64,000 nucleotides of DNA. Origin: Setoptus koraiensis. Lineage: Eukaryota > Animalia > Arthropoda. The stretch lies in the NCBI GenBank assembly GCA_048013815.1, contig CM106585.1:17360001-17424000 (forward strand). Reading direction: 5' to 3'. Every line of letters begins with the position of its first letter. The first letter of the stretch is position 1. Made by a program: the position numbers and the translations under genes. The notes beneath the pieces are model-generated. The model saw only the letters and a list, made by a program, of their open reading frames with translations. It was not told the DNA's origin and did no database searches. Shown piece by piece: positions 22,855 to 37,350 of the stretch.

Positions 22855-25800
22855 TGTGTGCATCATTGGTTGCATTCAATAGTAGTGTTGCGTCATAACA
22901 TTGTTGTGGTTGTTATTTTGAAGACAGAGGCCAGCATAATCCGGCCAAAACCATTACGATGACAGCAGCGGCGCCAGCGGCAGTCCAATTGATTTTTAAG
23001 CCCCCATGCCCCCATTCAGCACATTTAACCCATTTAACGTTTAATCCAAGGGTGGCCAATGAGCGGTTACGTGTTGTTGTTATAACAAGTTTTAACAGGT
23101 TGCAACAATGTTCACCATTGTCATGACAGGTGCACAGGTGACAGGCACAGGGTAGGCATGGAATTAATGGAAATAAACTGATTAGTAAAGGCAATTAATT
23201 GATGGGCCGATGGCAAGACAAATCAGAAATTTTCACACTTTTGATTTGGTGTCAAAAGTGTGAATTCGCATGTGAGAAGTAGCCGTTAGTTGAGTGGCCG
23301 TTGGTGTACATGTGACCAATTCACAGTTACAAGTGGGCTATCATCACCATCGCCGACAATTGTGTTAGGCCATCGCGTGGCGTGGGCCCCAATGGCCAGC
23401 ACGCCAACAAATGCAGCCAACAAATGCAGCCAACGAATGCGGCCAACGAATGCGGCCAACGAACGGACCAGTGGCGGGCCCCAAATGATAGATGGCTCGA
23501 GCGGGCAAATTTGTCATGTAGCGTCGGCCGTGTGACATGTGTCATGAGTTGGCTGTGGGGCGACGTTGCACAGACTTGTGTATTTAATACGCACACTTAG
23601 CTGCAACTTATAAGAAAGAGAATGGGGCCCCTAGCCAGCGCACAAGCAATGCGATGACGAATCCTTTCACACGACTCACGATTCATTACGGCTCACAATG
23701 GCGCCTGGGTCACTTTTACAAATCGGCCCCATTTCGGGCCCATTACGTGCTGGCTGCTTGTCACTGGCTTGTGTTGGCCAGCACAATGCTGCCAAATCGG
23801 CCAGCATTGTACTCGTGCCAGCCATTGGCCAGGCCACTTTTTGCACAATTTGGGCCCCAATTTTGGCATGATGAGCCAACTATATAACTGTTACTATAAC
23901 TGTGCGACGGAAACATAGCGCCCCAATCACATCCGCATGCAACACGCCAAAGATATCCAAACATATCAGCTCATTGTGTGTGACCGCAGCAGCGCCCCAT
24001 TACGTGGCGCCGCCGCGTCAACAAAAGCTGGACCGGCCAGCACTGCTGCTGGCGCCTCCATTGATATTATCCTTTTTCGGTCGGTTTGGGCGCGAGTTTA
24101 TCCGCCGCACGGGAGCCCACAGCCGGCCCAAGTGGCTAAGGCGGCTCGCATTAATACATTAACTTGTTAGCAGTGGCGTCTCAACTTGAGCCCACTCTAA
24201 CCGTCACAGTGTGACGGGCCCCACTGACAAGAGCCAGATAGTATCTTTGAGCAGCACAGTCGTCGTGTGAGTTATCGATGTGTTGTTTGTGTGACAAATT
24301 ATAAGACACAAATAACAGCAGATAAGAGCGGCCTAATGACATCTGATGAATGACACAATGATGACATATTGCGACAGTTGCCACTTTGCGCAAACCAATT
24401 CTTTCCATGCCACCCAGTGCCAACTCTCACAATATGCGATGAATGGAATGGGGCCAAAAAAGAGCTTTTTTGGCCATTGCTCAAACAAAGTCAAATGAAA
24501 TGCCCAACAAATGAATGACCATCGATGCGCGCCGTGCAAAGTAAATCGCAGCCGATTTTGGGGCGCAAATTAGTGTAATTGATGGCATTGTTGATTGCAA
24601 GATTTGCCTGTGTCACCACAGATTGTTTGTGTTGTTGTGGCGACACACTCAGCCGGCCCAGCAATCACAGCAAGTTTCTTACTAACTAACGGCGAGTTCG
24701 AGTTGCGGGGGCGAGAAACGATGCAATCACATTTGTTTTCAATTTCCAATAGTGATTCAAACTTGAAACTTGGCCTCTTTGAACCGCACAAATTTCATGA
24801 ATTTCATTCAGTTTCATGGCACGAAACTAGCAAACAAAACGCCATTATTATGCGACCTTTTTTCAAAACACGTCGCCTGTCGCCCTGAAGCGAGGCTGCC
24901 CAACACGTGACACGATCAGTTAATAATCATCATTCATGAATAGCGCGTCGTGAATAGCGCGAGCCACAAACGATAGTTACACAACACACAAGCCGGTTTA
25001 CCGCACATTGTGTTACAAATAAATAATGATGCTCACAGCCATATTATAAGTAATTTAAGTAGTGGGGTCAGTTGTTTATGGCCGGCGAGGCTGCCGTGGG
25101 CCCCCATTGACAGTGTATGTACATGTGTGGGCGTGTGATTCAAGTGTCATTCGAGCTGACAAGAGCTATTTACAACACGCCAGCACGCCATTGACGGACA
25201 AAAAGAAAATCACCTCAGCGAGCAGGTTGCAGCTAGGCGGCGCTGCTTAGTCTTGGTGTCCGAGAGACTTTGTTTGCTTACACATACCGTTATAATAACA
25301 ATCGCGCCAATCGGCCGGCAGGGGGACAGAGTTAAGTTATTTATTATGTAATCAAACAATGCGCAACTCAACGGCCCACATCAACAGCAAACAACAACAA
25401 CAACAACAACGCCGACAACAGCGACATGTCAGATGATGATAGTTGCACTTAGCTGCCAGCTTCAAGAGACTGCAGCGCCGTCATCATCGAGGGGCCCCCG
25501 CGACCAAACAACAACTCGAGTTTGCAAGATACCGCAACAACAGCATCGATTATGATAGAATCAGGTCAGGTGAGCCAATATCGTCGCTGGCTGGCTGGCG
25601 GGTAAAGATGGGAGAGGGGGCATAATCGCATCATCCGATATTATCGCGGTATAAGTAATAAGTAGCAAGCTCCATTTTCCCCTGTTGGCCCTTTCACGGC
25701 AACATTAATAATAGACACTAGATGACACACTTGGTCACACAATGCAAAATCATGTTGGCCGGCCCCACCGAAGACACTGAGCAGTTGCGCCAGGTCTACG

Positions 25801-28021
25801 CCAGAGGTCACACTTGCGATGAAGTCATATCACTCACTGATTATGTAAGCCGCTCGACGTATTAAATTGACACCGTTACCCGCCCTCTGACGGTCACACT
25901 CGCACCAACTGTAGCCAGCGTTGCCGGCCCGGCCCCATTCACTCAGTGTGGTGTACGTTGTGTTGGATAAGAGCGAGACAGGGGTGGGCCCGTCGTCACT
26001 TTTGAGAGGTGTCTCCCTGGAGTTGTTTGCGCCAACTAATCTCCCATGCGATGCGCTTGTAGCGGCATAAATTGTGCCACTAAAACCATACTACATCCGT
26101 TGCCAATTTTTATGGGAGACAACGCTCCCATGCGGCCCCTACCAAATGCGTATATTATGTGTATAACTGCATTTATATCTTAATATGCACATACAAAATG
26201 GCTCGTCAGTAACAGCAGTCGCCCGCTAACAACAACGGCACGCTAGCCATTGTTGTTTTCAAGCACTAAAGCAACACAAGCTAGAGAATTATGCAATAAC
26301 TTATCAATTTTTATGCTGCGATGCCACAATTATTTACACAAAATGATTTACAATTTGTCAGTTGCATCTAGACGCTGTCTGGCTCTGCTCAAAATCGTCT
26401 GCCTTTGTGTCTGTTGTACGTATCGGCACAAGATGAAACAAAAACAGCCTGTCAAGACGGCAAGTGTTTTCAAAATTGAATTGTCTCTGGATTGGCCCAG
26501 TGTTGTCTCAATTTTTGTTCCACAGAGGCGGTTCTAACGACAAAATCTCCGACATACAATTCGGAGAAATTATCCGCCCGCAAAATCCAATTGTCAGCTG
26601 TTGCTGCTGTCTATTTGACGCTGTCTATATATAGCTTGTTGGCTTTGTTTCTGGTGCAACCACAAAAAAGAGAGAGAGAGAATTACTGCCGACTAGGGGA
26701 CCCTGAAAATACACGCGGGCTGTAATTGTATATCAACAGCTATGCATAGTTTGTCTATACTCGTACAAATTGCGTGATGCAACTTGTAAGATGCAGCTTG
26801 TATGATGCAACTTGTATAATACGGGGGCTTCAAGCTGTATGTCGGTCCCACTTGATCCACTAGTGCTGCCCTCGACCAGCACAGAGGCCGCCTTGCATAT
26901 ATTTAGGTCGCCTATCTTGTCCTTGGCACTGCATAATGGGCAATGTGGTTGTTGTTGTCGTTGTTGTAGCATCGTTTTAGTTGTCATCATCATTTTGTAG
27001 TTATCATATTTCTATTTAGTTAGGCTGGCTCAAGTGTTGGCCGCCACAAATGTGGCGAGGCAGCACCAAACACGGGCAACACTGTGTCGACTTGGGCCAA
27101 AATTGTGCGAATAAATGCACCCATTTGTTGGGAGAGAGCCCATTTGATGGGAGCGAGCCGATTTGATGGGAGAAAGATATGAGCGAGACAAAGCAAGCAA
27201 TCAAGCTAAGTGGCCGGCAGTATCTTGTATCTTTCGGTGGAAAGATATCAGATACTGGCAGCGGGCGGCAAGTAAACATTTGGAGTTTGGTGTAAAGCCA
27301 AGTTGGCACAACAACTTGTCTGTGTTTAAGCGTAAATTGAGGCCCCCATTATGGCGTATTATGGTTTGGGCCATGTTTTAGAACGTAATCCAAACAGCAA
27401 GCCAAGAAAAAATAGCACCAACCACCGGCCAGTATAATAATAATCCTATCCAATCCCGTATAGTAATAATCCTGGGCTCGTGACACTCGCACACGAGCAG
27501 CGGACACACAAGTGCAACAATGTGCATATCTGTGGCCAGTTTGAACATTTTTACCACTTTTTGCCCCTTTTTGCCACTTTTGGGCCCCTGCTCGGGCCCC
27601 AAAAGCTGCACAGGGCGTTGGCGAACGCAAGCGGCCAGTGTGCTGTGCAGACAGTGCAGCGGCATTTGTGTGCGCCCCAAATCTATCTTTGTTCCATTTT
27701 GCAATTTCCATTTTCTATTATCCAGTCGGCAGCTCATTCAAGCCTGACCGCCGAGACAGCCAGCCGAGTTGGGGCGCGCAACTCGCACCGCAAACCTCTT
27801 GTGCCGCACGCGTTGTCTGGGCGCCCGTTTTGGGCCCATCCAGCCCACAGCTAACCCGACCCGCAGCCGGCTGACAGTGGCGCGAGTTGGGCCGGTGTCA
27901 GGCGACCGACACGCGGCCAACCGATCAACTGCGGGCCAGCGTCACGAGCCATGATTATGATGCAAGATGAGACAAGATTCATTTTTGTGTCTTTGCGAGC
28001 CGAGTTGCACGCGTTACCGGC

Positions 28022-28084
28022 CGCACTGTTGGCGCACTGTTGGCGCACTGTTGGCGCACTGTTGGCGCACTGTTGGCGCACTGT
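28022..28084. repeat. 11-bp tandem repeat CGCACTGTTGG x5.7
   Basis: Direct reading. Confidence 0.9.
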
Positions 28085-31000
28085 GCACTGTGCACGTACT
28101 GGCAGCATCACTGATGATATCGCACTTTGATAATATCGCCAAAATATCGAGCCAGAGAAAATCTCTAACCGTTTCAGTGTGCTGGCCACTAGCGCTGGAC
28201 ACGCTTCGAGCTCCAGCTCACGGCGGCTTATAATATTAATAATAATAATTTCGTCTGGTCTGGTCTGGTCTGGCGTCGTGTCGTCAGATGATTATCGTTA
28301 TTACATAACCAAGCAACGATAATCATCTGTCTGGCGCTGATCATCTGACTGATAGTTGATAGTGCAAACAGATGGCTTGCATCAGCTGTGCGGCTGGCGC
28401 AAACTTGACAGCGCGCACTTGATGACACGACGCTGGCGCGGGCCCCAAGATTGCAAAACTGGCTCGCGAAACAACAAACAACGCTGAACGATCGATGACA
28501 GCGCCGCTGACTTGTGATTGTAGGTCGGCCATCGTGACGATGACGGATGACGAGCCGCATCACTAGTGCCCCTCGTCTGTCACTCATCAACCCGTTCGCG
28601 CGGCCAGCGCTCGCTTTTGCGCGACTCGCGCCACTTGCGAGACTTTGCGAGGCTCTCGGCCCCGTCAGCCATCAGCCAGCCAGGCATCTGCGACTATGTC
28701 ACTGTCGCAAAGATGATCGCGAGTCATCTCTGCGCGTCTCTGCGCGTCTCGGCGCGTCTCTGCGCGTCTCTGGCCCGTTCTTCGCCCCACTCTCTACCAG
28801 TCGGCTTGCTCGTGCAGCTAGCGAGCAAGTCGGCCTCTTTCTGAGCCTGCCAATATCCGAGCCCCAACTCAGGCCGTGAGGCTGGCTCGCGAGGGCGCGC
28901 CACGAGGTGAGAGTGGTGCCTGGTGCTCGCTGGTGCCACCGGTATGCGGACGGTGGCATGAGCGTGACATGAGATAATAGCGACCAATCAAAAGCTTCTA
29001 TCGTCGGCAATTTGCGACCAGTTGTTGTGCCTTGCCCAAGTGACGCAACGCGCCCAAACTGTGCTCAGATTGATGCTCAGTGTGCGCACTGCGCACCAAT
29101 CTGACAATTGTGGGCCCACGTATGATATATGTGCGCAGCATATGAGCGAGCTAGCCGGCCCATGCCAGCTTATGGCTCACAGCTGATAGCGACAGCTGTA
29201 GTGCGCTAATGAGCGCACCTAGCGACACTGATGCGGCCATTACTGGCTAGTGTCATATTGAGATTGCAAAAAGGGGCCTCAAGTGGTTGTGTTAAAACAA
29301 CGCCCACTCACGGCTTACGTAACAGCCATATGTCACCCGCAAGTGTGTTGCGTTGTTGCATTGTTGCGTTGCGTTGTGTTGTTGTGTTGTGTTGTTGTGC
29401 GTTGTGCTGGTGGCCAGGATTGGCTCGATCAACACAATCAATATGTAAGTTACGTAATGTAAGCTGATATTGCAGTGATTGCAGTTGTCTCATGACGAGC
29501 CGTCAGCTGACAAACGATCGACGCTGTGAGCATCGCAAGACGCTGTTACGCAACGAGTGCCGCTGTCGATGTCGTGACTCGACCATCGTCGATGATGGGC
29601 AAGTGTCCGTGCGGACAATGCGTGCATGCGAGCGTAGCGGATAAATTGTGGATAAACAACGCTCATGTCACATGTATGCACAGTATGCGCCAATTGTGTG
29701 TGCACACAGCACAGCGCCGACAATATGCAGCTAGCTGGCCAGGCCAGCTTACAAAAGCCAACAAATTGCGTCGGTGTGTTTACTTGGCAGCCGACAGCAG
29801 GCACATGTATGTTTTTATTACCATTATTATAACTTATTGTGTGCCAAATGTTTGTTGTGTGCGTAACGTGTGCAAATTTGGCACATAATGCCAGACGGCG
29901 CACAAGCTATTTGAATTGGCAGCGCAAAGGCAACAAACTATCAATGACAACTATTAATGATGAGCAATGTCTGAGCTCACTTCCGCTTTGCGCGCCCCCT
30001 TCTGTGTGTGCTGGCTTCTATCGGTTTGCATGGCTATTTGGCTGTAAGTGTATTACATTTGTATTGAAAATTTCTATCTATTTCTGTAGAAAAATATTGT
30101 GGGCTTGTGTGTATTGAAAGGCAAACAAGAAGTGAAGCTCAACAAAGTTGTCGTTTTCTGGTTTCAAATTTCTGCGCTGCTGCCATTTGAGCCGTTTCAC
30201 TGGAACGCGCGCACAAACGAGACAAACGACTGTCGCTCACTCAATCAGCATATGCAAATGAAGCGTTCAGCTACTTAGCGACTTTAATCCAGACTCAAGT
30301 GCCCGTCGCAAACAATGGTCTGTGTGCGTGGGGCCCAAGTGTCGCGACGAGAAGCACGCAAAGGGCAACTCTTGCTGTTTGGCTGGCTGTCTGTCTGGCT
30401 GGCTGTAACCGTTATTCACAAACACGTTGGCATCACATTTGAGGCGCCGCCAACAGTTATAATAATCGCCCTAATCTATCTCCATTTCGCTCTGTGATAT
30501 ATGTGATATCTGTGATGTAATGCCTGTGTGCTGTATGGTTGCATTGTGTGTTGTGTGCCCAGTCGGTATTGTGAGCCGGACCTGGATAGTGGAGCCGGTG
30601 AGCGACTCGTCATCGCTTCACTGATCCGGCACATCATTGCATCATTGCGTTATTTAAATCTATTCAAATGTAGTGTGACCGTTGTGAATATATATTGTTC
30701 ATCGTGGATATATTGTTCATCGTGGATATATTGTTCATCGTGGATATATTGTGACTGGGCGCATTGTTTCATCTGCACTTGTCCCACTCCCGATTTATCG
30801 GCTACACTCCAACACACACACACACACAATGAATCACAAAATCTGACAATTGTGAGCCTCAAACTAGAATTTATTTTGCGATAAAATGTCTAGTTTATTA
30901 TGGTCTGTTCGCGTGGCCCTTGCTATAATATATATATATATATGTATAGAATATACGATTGCCGGCACATCACTTACGCCAGACAATCGATGGCAATTTT

Positions 31001-33260
31001 CGAGCGCCAATTCTCTATTAATACCAAAGGAAAGAATTGTTTCTTTTCGCTTCAAACATTCGAACTGGCACCAGTGGCGGGGCTGTCAGCACAAGTGAGG
31101 CTCTGAGCCAGATCTGTGGCCGGTCAACGATATCGCAGAGGCGAAAGCACAATCTTTAGCACAAGTGCCAGACAAATTGATGTTGGATTTTCTGGATTAG
31201 TTTGATAGATTTCTCTCTTCTCTGGGCGTTACGGCTGCCTGGCGTTCAGGCCGATCGGCCAAGGATTGCACTCGAGTCGACTTGGACTGATTTGAATATT
31301 TATATTGTACACAATTTATGCCATGCGTTTGTAATGCAAATGCAAATAATAATAGTGATCGAGTTACATTTTGTCGACATTTTGTCTAAGAAAAATGATC
31401 ATTTTGAAAATGTCACGTCACCATAATGAGATGGACACAAACAACAACAGACGTAAACTAAATCAGCGTGAAATTACTCTTTTTATCTGGCTTCATGCTC
31501 TATGACCTGATGCCTAATGACGGCACTAAAACCGCTATGTCGCTAATTATAATTATTCACTCGGCAGCCGACTATAAACCAGACCAAATGAATAACAGCA
31601 ACAGACTACATTGTAGGTGGCAGCATGCGATAACAATTGGTTGGTGTCTGTTGCGGTCGCTAGGTTTGTTTCAGTTGGAGAGCACTGATCGTGTTGATTG
31701 TTTCAGGCTCGATAAAAATATAATCCAATTAACACATTTTCTCATTAAGTGCTCATAAGTGTCACTTAAGCGCAGCCAGTTTGCACACAACTGTGAACAA
31801 AGTGCCACTAAACAGTGGCCAAGTTGAAGTGCGGCAACATCAGCATTTGACCTGAGCGAAAAGCAACCCTGATAATTGATCGGAAAGCAAAAGTTAGCAA
31901 AAATTAGTGCGTTCCTCAAGTCTCTTACGAGCTTATAATTATGTGCACCAGACTGAACCCAATCTCCAGTGACTTGAGCCATTAGATTGCAGAAGCGACA
32001 TGAGGCGTGTGACCCATGAGTGAATTTCTGCGGGCCCCCTTGCCTGGCTAACAGTCTGTTAACAACAGAAGCCGCTGCTGGTCGGCCAATCGAAAGATCG
32101 ATGAATAATTGATACGCCGACTTGGCAGCTCATAATTATCATGCTGGCGAGCGCAGAAACTTCGAAGCCGATTCGTTTGAATGCATGCCATTGAACAAAC
32201 TCGATCCACTCGATTGAGTGAAGAGCCATGAACTGATGTGTGTATGTAAAAGATTAAATATGGCTGCCACGAGCGTAAAAATATTTGCAAGCTTCAACTA
32301 TCAACCGAATCACCATTAGAAACATTGCGCAATGGACACATTGGGATTTGGTGGCGATTTCGAGCCATTTTGTTCAGTTTTCGGCGTTGTTGTTGTGGCC
32401 AGCGCTGTTTTGGCCAGCGCTGTTCTGGCCAGTTTCGATCGGAGAACGATTGGGATTGGATTAGGATATCGAATGTGAACAAACAAATCGCAACAAATAC
32501 AATACGTGAAATGTTGCCCACTAGAGGGACACTTTCAAGAGGCCCGTTTGAGGATGACAGACGGCAGCGAAGGACAGAAAAGCTTCTCGAGGGCCCAAAG
32601 AATGAGGCCAGCGGCGCTGTTAAAAGCAGCGCTGTCTCGCTCTTGTAAAATGGATAAAAGGCAGCGAGCTAAAAAGTTACAAGTTGTACGTGACGTTTCA
32701 CTTGTATGAGGCTGGCGCGTCTTGGCGGGCCCAAGCAGCGCTCAAGCTCAAGTGAACACGCTAAAGATAACTGGTTACAAGTATTTTCCATCAAGCGGAA
32801 ACAATTGTGCCCGGTGCGCCTCGTTTAAACATTTAAGGTCACTTTGATATCTTGCCATGATGTATGGTGGTGCTGTGGTTTACACACAGTTATATTGTCG
32901 TCTTGGTGCCGCCAAACAGACTGGGCCGGACTAGTGCCCACCAGAGCCGACTAGCGCCCACTAGGGCTGACTGGGCCGGCGAGCGGATAAATTGTGATAT
33001 AAATTGTGCGTCGGATATTGTGCACGCTTGAGCGAGATCGCTGGCTTTAGGTGGGCAGCGGCAGCACGACCGACATGTCGTGTGTGTGTGTGTGATAGAT
33101 CGCTCGGCTGGCGGCCGGTTTGCTGGTTCCGGGGGCCCCGTCAAAATGGGGCCGTCATTGTATAATTGGTGGTTGTGGCCGTGGTCAGTTTTTGTGGGGC
33201 GGGCCGATTTTTGTCGACTCGCCCGCAAACCTGACTGACCAGAGCGCACATTTGTTGGTG

Positions 33261-33275
33261 TGGTGGTGGTGGTGG

Positions 33276-33353
<78 letters not shown>

Positions 33354-33360
33354 TTGTTGT
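33261..33360. repeat. Compound (TGG)n(GTT)n trinucleotide microsatellite
   Basis: Direct reading. Source of the poly-T/Q/L ORFs at 32890-33464. Confidence 0.95.
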
Positions 33361-34368
33361 GGTATCTTTTGGTGGCACTGTCGTGGCGTGACGCTCAATC
33401 AAACGGAAGAGCGCTCACAAACACACCACGCGCATGTTCTGTCAATGTTTACATGTCTAACTAACCGTTAATCCAACCGATCCGATCCGTCGTCTGATTT
33501 GATGAATTTCGCTGTCAAGTTTGTATGTGAAAGTGACGAGATAGGCGCCTCACTTTTGCACACAATCTCGCCAGTCTTGACGCGCATCAATCGCCACGGC
33601 GTGACCAGCTTGCCACAACAAGACCAATTATAATCTGATGGCCGCTAACTTGCACTAACGCATCTGTCATGAGCCTATCAATTAACTTGACACCGGTGAC
33701 ATGCGACCAAAATTATATCACCTTGAGCATGACATGTCAGTGTTTGGGCCCACATTTTGCGCAACAAAACTCACCTGGCGCCAAACTGTATAGTATCGAT
33801 GACCTGTTGACAGTTCAACAATAACATCGTTGAACTGTCCACGCAGCTCGTCATTAAAACTGACTTATGTCACAAGTTTTGTGTTGCATACCTGTGCTGA
33901 CCTGTCCAGTCAGTGACGATCGCCAACGACAACGCACACACACACACACGCACAGCGCTGAAACACGTGACATACGGGTCAAGTGTCACAGGATATGACC
34001 AATTGACAATTGTGATTGCATGGATTAGCACTCACAACAAAACAATTCATTCGCTTTCTATTGGTAACTGTCAAAAATCTTGAGTTTTTTAATTGAGCAA
34101 GCAAAAATAAGCCCACGTGGCAAACGATGCAACTAACGGCACTCGACTACTGGTAGTATGCTAATAAAATCAGTTGATCTTATCTTAGACACTAGCTGCA
34201 CTGTTTATCTAACAAACGGTACAGCTAACCAGTGATAACACAGTCTGGTAGTATTGTGTCTTGTGGTTGCTGTTACTGTCGCTAGGTGCTTTCACTGGCA
34301 ACATTCATTGAATTACAATGTATAGACACATAAACATATAATGATTATGATGATATGATGATAACATT

Positions 34369-35115
34369 ATTACGTCATATCGAGCGTATACACACAAGAG
34401 CGTGTGTTGTGATATTATCATGTCATACAGTGGCGTCATAACAGTTATGTAACACGGCATGATAGGCATATATATTGCAACTTTATAATAAACAGATAAA
34501 CAGCTGCCACTGGTATTGCCAGTGGCAGCTATCTATGGTCGCTGTAGTATAGTGGCTATATTAAACAACTCGCACAATATGAGCTGCGCTTATCTTTTTG
34601 CTCAAATCTGTCTGATGTGGCCAGCAGCAGTAGCAGCAGTTACGTAAGCGCAAGTTGCGTATCATTGGCGCCGTCCATAAGACGCCGTTAGCTCGTCCGT
34701 CAATTGATGGCACGAGCCGGATAACGGTAATTGTTTGGCCGTGGCCTCCGCCGGCGGCGCCCACACATGTGTGTTACGTAATAATATTTATCTACTCTCG
34801 TTGGCCGATAAAAACTGTGTATATCTGTATACAATGGTTGTTTAATGTGTTCAACGCGTACAGCAAAGCGATGCGCGAAACTTGTTGTTGTTGTCGCTGT
34901 CGTTGTTGCTGTTGTTGTCGCTGTTGTGGCGAGAGAACAATGGCCCACCAATGGAAGGCTTGTGTGGCACGCCATTTACTTAATGGCAACAACAAAACAA
35001 CGAATAGAAATCGCCGCTGCCGCCGCCGCCGCCGCGGCAGCCCAAGCGTCTAAGTGTCTGTTCATGATGCATTCTATGCACACACACACACACTCTTTGT
35101 TTGTTGTTACGTAAC
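34369..35115. promoter_or_regulatory. Cluster of bZIP (D-box/CRE-like) sites, candidate intronic enhancer
   Basis: ATTACGTCAT 34369, GTTATGTAAC 34444, GTTACGTAAG 34639, GTTACGTAAT 34773 and GTTACGTAAC 35106. Confidence 0.45.
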
Positions 35116-37045
35116 AACAGCCGGCAGCGACCAGAATAATGCAGCCACTGAATCGTATGCTGCACGGGGCCTCAATGAAGCCCTCGTTGGCAATCAACGA
35201 GCCCGCCGCTGACCAATCCAACGGCAGAAACAACGACAGCAACAACGACAGCAACAACGACAGCAACAACGACAGCAACAACGACAGCACCGACAACGAC
35301 AACAAGTCACCAGTGACTAGCCAAGTGAGTAAAGGGACAATTTGTGCGCGCTAGCTAGTGGCCGGCCCAATGTCGGCCGGGCACGGTTATCATCGGAATG
35401 GCCATTTGGCTGTTGTGGGCGCTGTTGTAAATTAACTGCTATAAATCACATTAGATGAATAAGGTGAAAATACATACTTTAATAGAGGCCGTTAGTATGC
35501 AAGCCTTATTTACTAATCACTGGCCAGCGTGATTTGTGTGCTGTCCGTCCGGCTTGCATGTGACAAGCGGCCTCAACTGGCCCCATTGTGGGCCTGCCAT
35601 TGGCATTGCAACTGTCTATTGAGCAGAGCGTCAGCTGTGAGCTGTTGTGTTGACAGTTCAGCAGCTTGCTGGCATTGGGCAGATCGGAGCGCCAGATGAA
35701 GTCAAAATAGAGTGACAAGCGAAAACGGACAAGAATGGGCCCCATTCGTGGGGCACAGTTACAAATAGTTAACACACGGGGCATTGTTAACTAAGCCATT
35801 TGTCAAGCTTCGGTCTGTTGTGCATGGGCTGTCTTTCCGGGTTTCGGCGGGAGTTCATGTGAGTTGTTGTTCAGTTGCTTGGAAAGGGGGCGCCAACAAC
35901 CGACAACAACCAACGACAACCAACAACAACCGACAACAACCAACGACAACCAAACGAAACAAACACGCTGCTGTTGTGCGTTCCAAGAAAAGACACGCTA
36001 ACTGCACCATCGGTCAGCACAATCGTTCGTTCGCTGGCCAGTCACGTTGTCCACTGAATTTTAGTAGCCTCAATTCGGTGGCTATTCGACTTTTTTCGGG
36101 CCCCTGGTCACTTTTTGGGCCCAATGGAAAGATCGTTGGACGACAAAATTGTTCCCGTTTAGCGCAACCCAACAAGGTGCCTCACGCAGCGCGCTATATA
36201 AGCCGCTTATATTCGAAGCCAACAAAGATGCAACCGTAAATATAAGCGGGCCTTTGGGGCGATATCTAACGCTTTTGCGACGCCCACACACACCAAAGCA
36301 ATAACAAGCGCTACAATGGCCGCTCAAACGATGGCCCGGTCCCTGCGGAGCTGCAACAAAAGATAAATGATGTTGTTTTCGGCGTCGTCATCATCAGTCA
36401 GATATTACGTCAGTGGGAGCGCGATATTCATTTCGCTGGCCAGCTCGCCACTCACTCGGCGCGCGCTTGCAACCAAAATGTCAACCGCATTCAGGCGACT
36501 TCACAGGCCCAAAAAAAGCCAACTGCACCACCAATTGCTGCACCATTTTCTATTTTCGTTCCTGTAAATATCGCTTGTTAACTATTTTCGGTATCATTTT
36601 AGACAATGTCACACAAGGCAGCCGAAAATGAAAAATTTCACAGTTATTTAGAATGATCGCGACGCAAGAACAGTGCAAGTGCACAGTCATTAAGTTGACG
36701 GTGCCAACGACACCCAGAATCAAGCGGAATTCGCTTGCAACCGACTCGCCAGAACCGACTGCCAGAAACTGCCAAACTTGTTTCTCCTTGGCACGCGCTC
36801 GTGACGGCCGCCCAAATTCCTCCAAAGTGTTATGTCTGTATTATTGTTATCATTAAGCGCGCCATTTGCCATTATCAATCATGACTTTCGGTTCGGTAAC
36901 TTCCGTCGTGGATTAGCGCCAACAAGCGAGATTATCGATTTGCGGGGGCGAAACGGGCGACGAAAAAAACGCGCCAAAAGCCGAAAAACGTCTCGTGACG
37001 AGACTGTCGTCGGAAGCGACTTGTTTTCGGCACTCCAAGAGCGTC

Positions 37046-37350
37046 GGTTCGGTTCGGTTCGGTTCGGTTCGGTTCGGTTCGGTTCGGTTCGGTTCGGTTC
37101 GGTTCGGTTCGGTTCGGTTCGGTTCGGTTCGGTTCGGTTCGGTTCGGTTCGGTTCGGTTCGGTTCGGTTCGGTTCGGTTCGGTTCGGTTCGGTTCGGTTC
37201 GGTTCGGTTCGGTTCGGTTCGGTTCGGTTCGGTTCGGTTCGGTTCGGTTCGGTTCGGTTCGGTTCGGTTCGGTTCGGTTCGGTTCGGTTCGGTTCGGTTC
37301 GGTTCGGTTCGGTTCGGTTCGGTTCGGTTCGGTTCGGTTCGGTTCGGTTC
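37046..37350. repeat. Perfect (GGTTC)61 = (TTCGG)n array
   Basis: 305 bp with no interruption, followed by a short (GCTTG)n. Confidence 0.98.

Noticed and set aside
32890-33464. Poly-T, poly-Q and poly-L ORFs
   Set aside because: Frames through the (GTT)n microsatellite in intron 1.
34502-34545. Hairpin as a Helitron 3' end or pre-miRNA
   Set aside because: No CTRR terminus at the expected spacing, and the stem is too short for a pre-miRNA.
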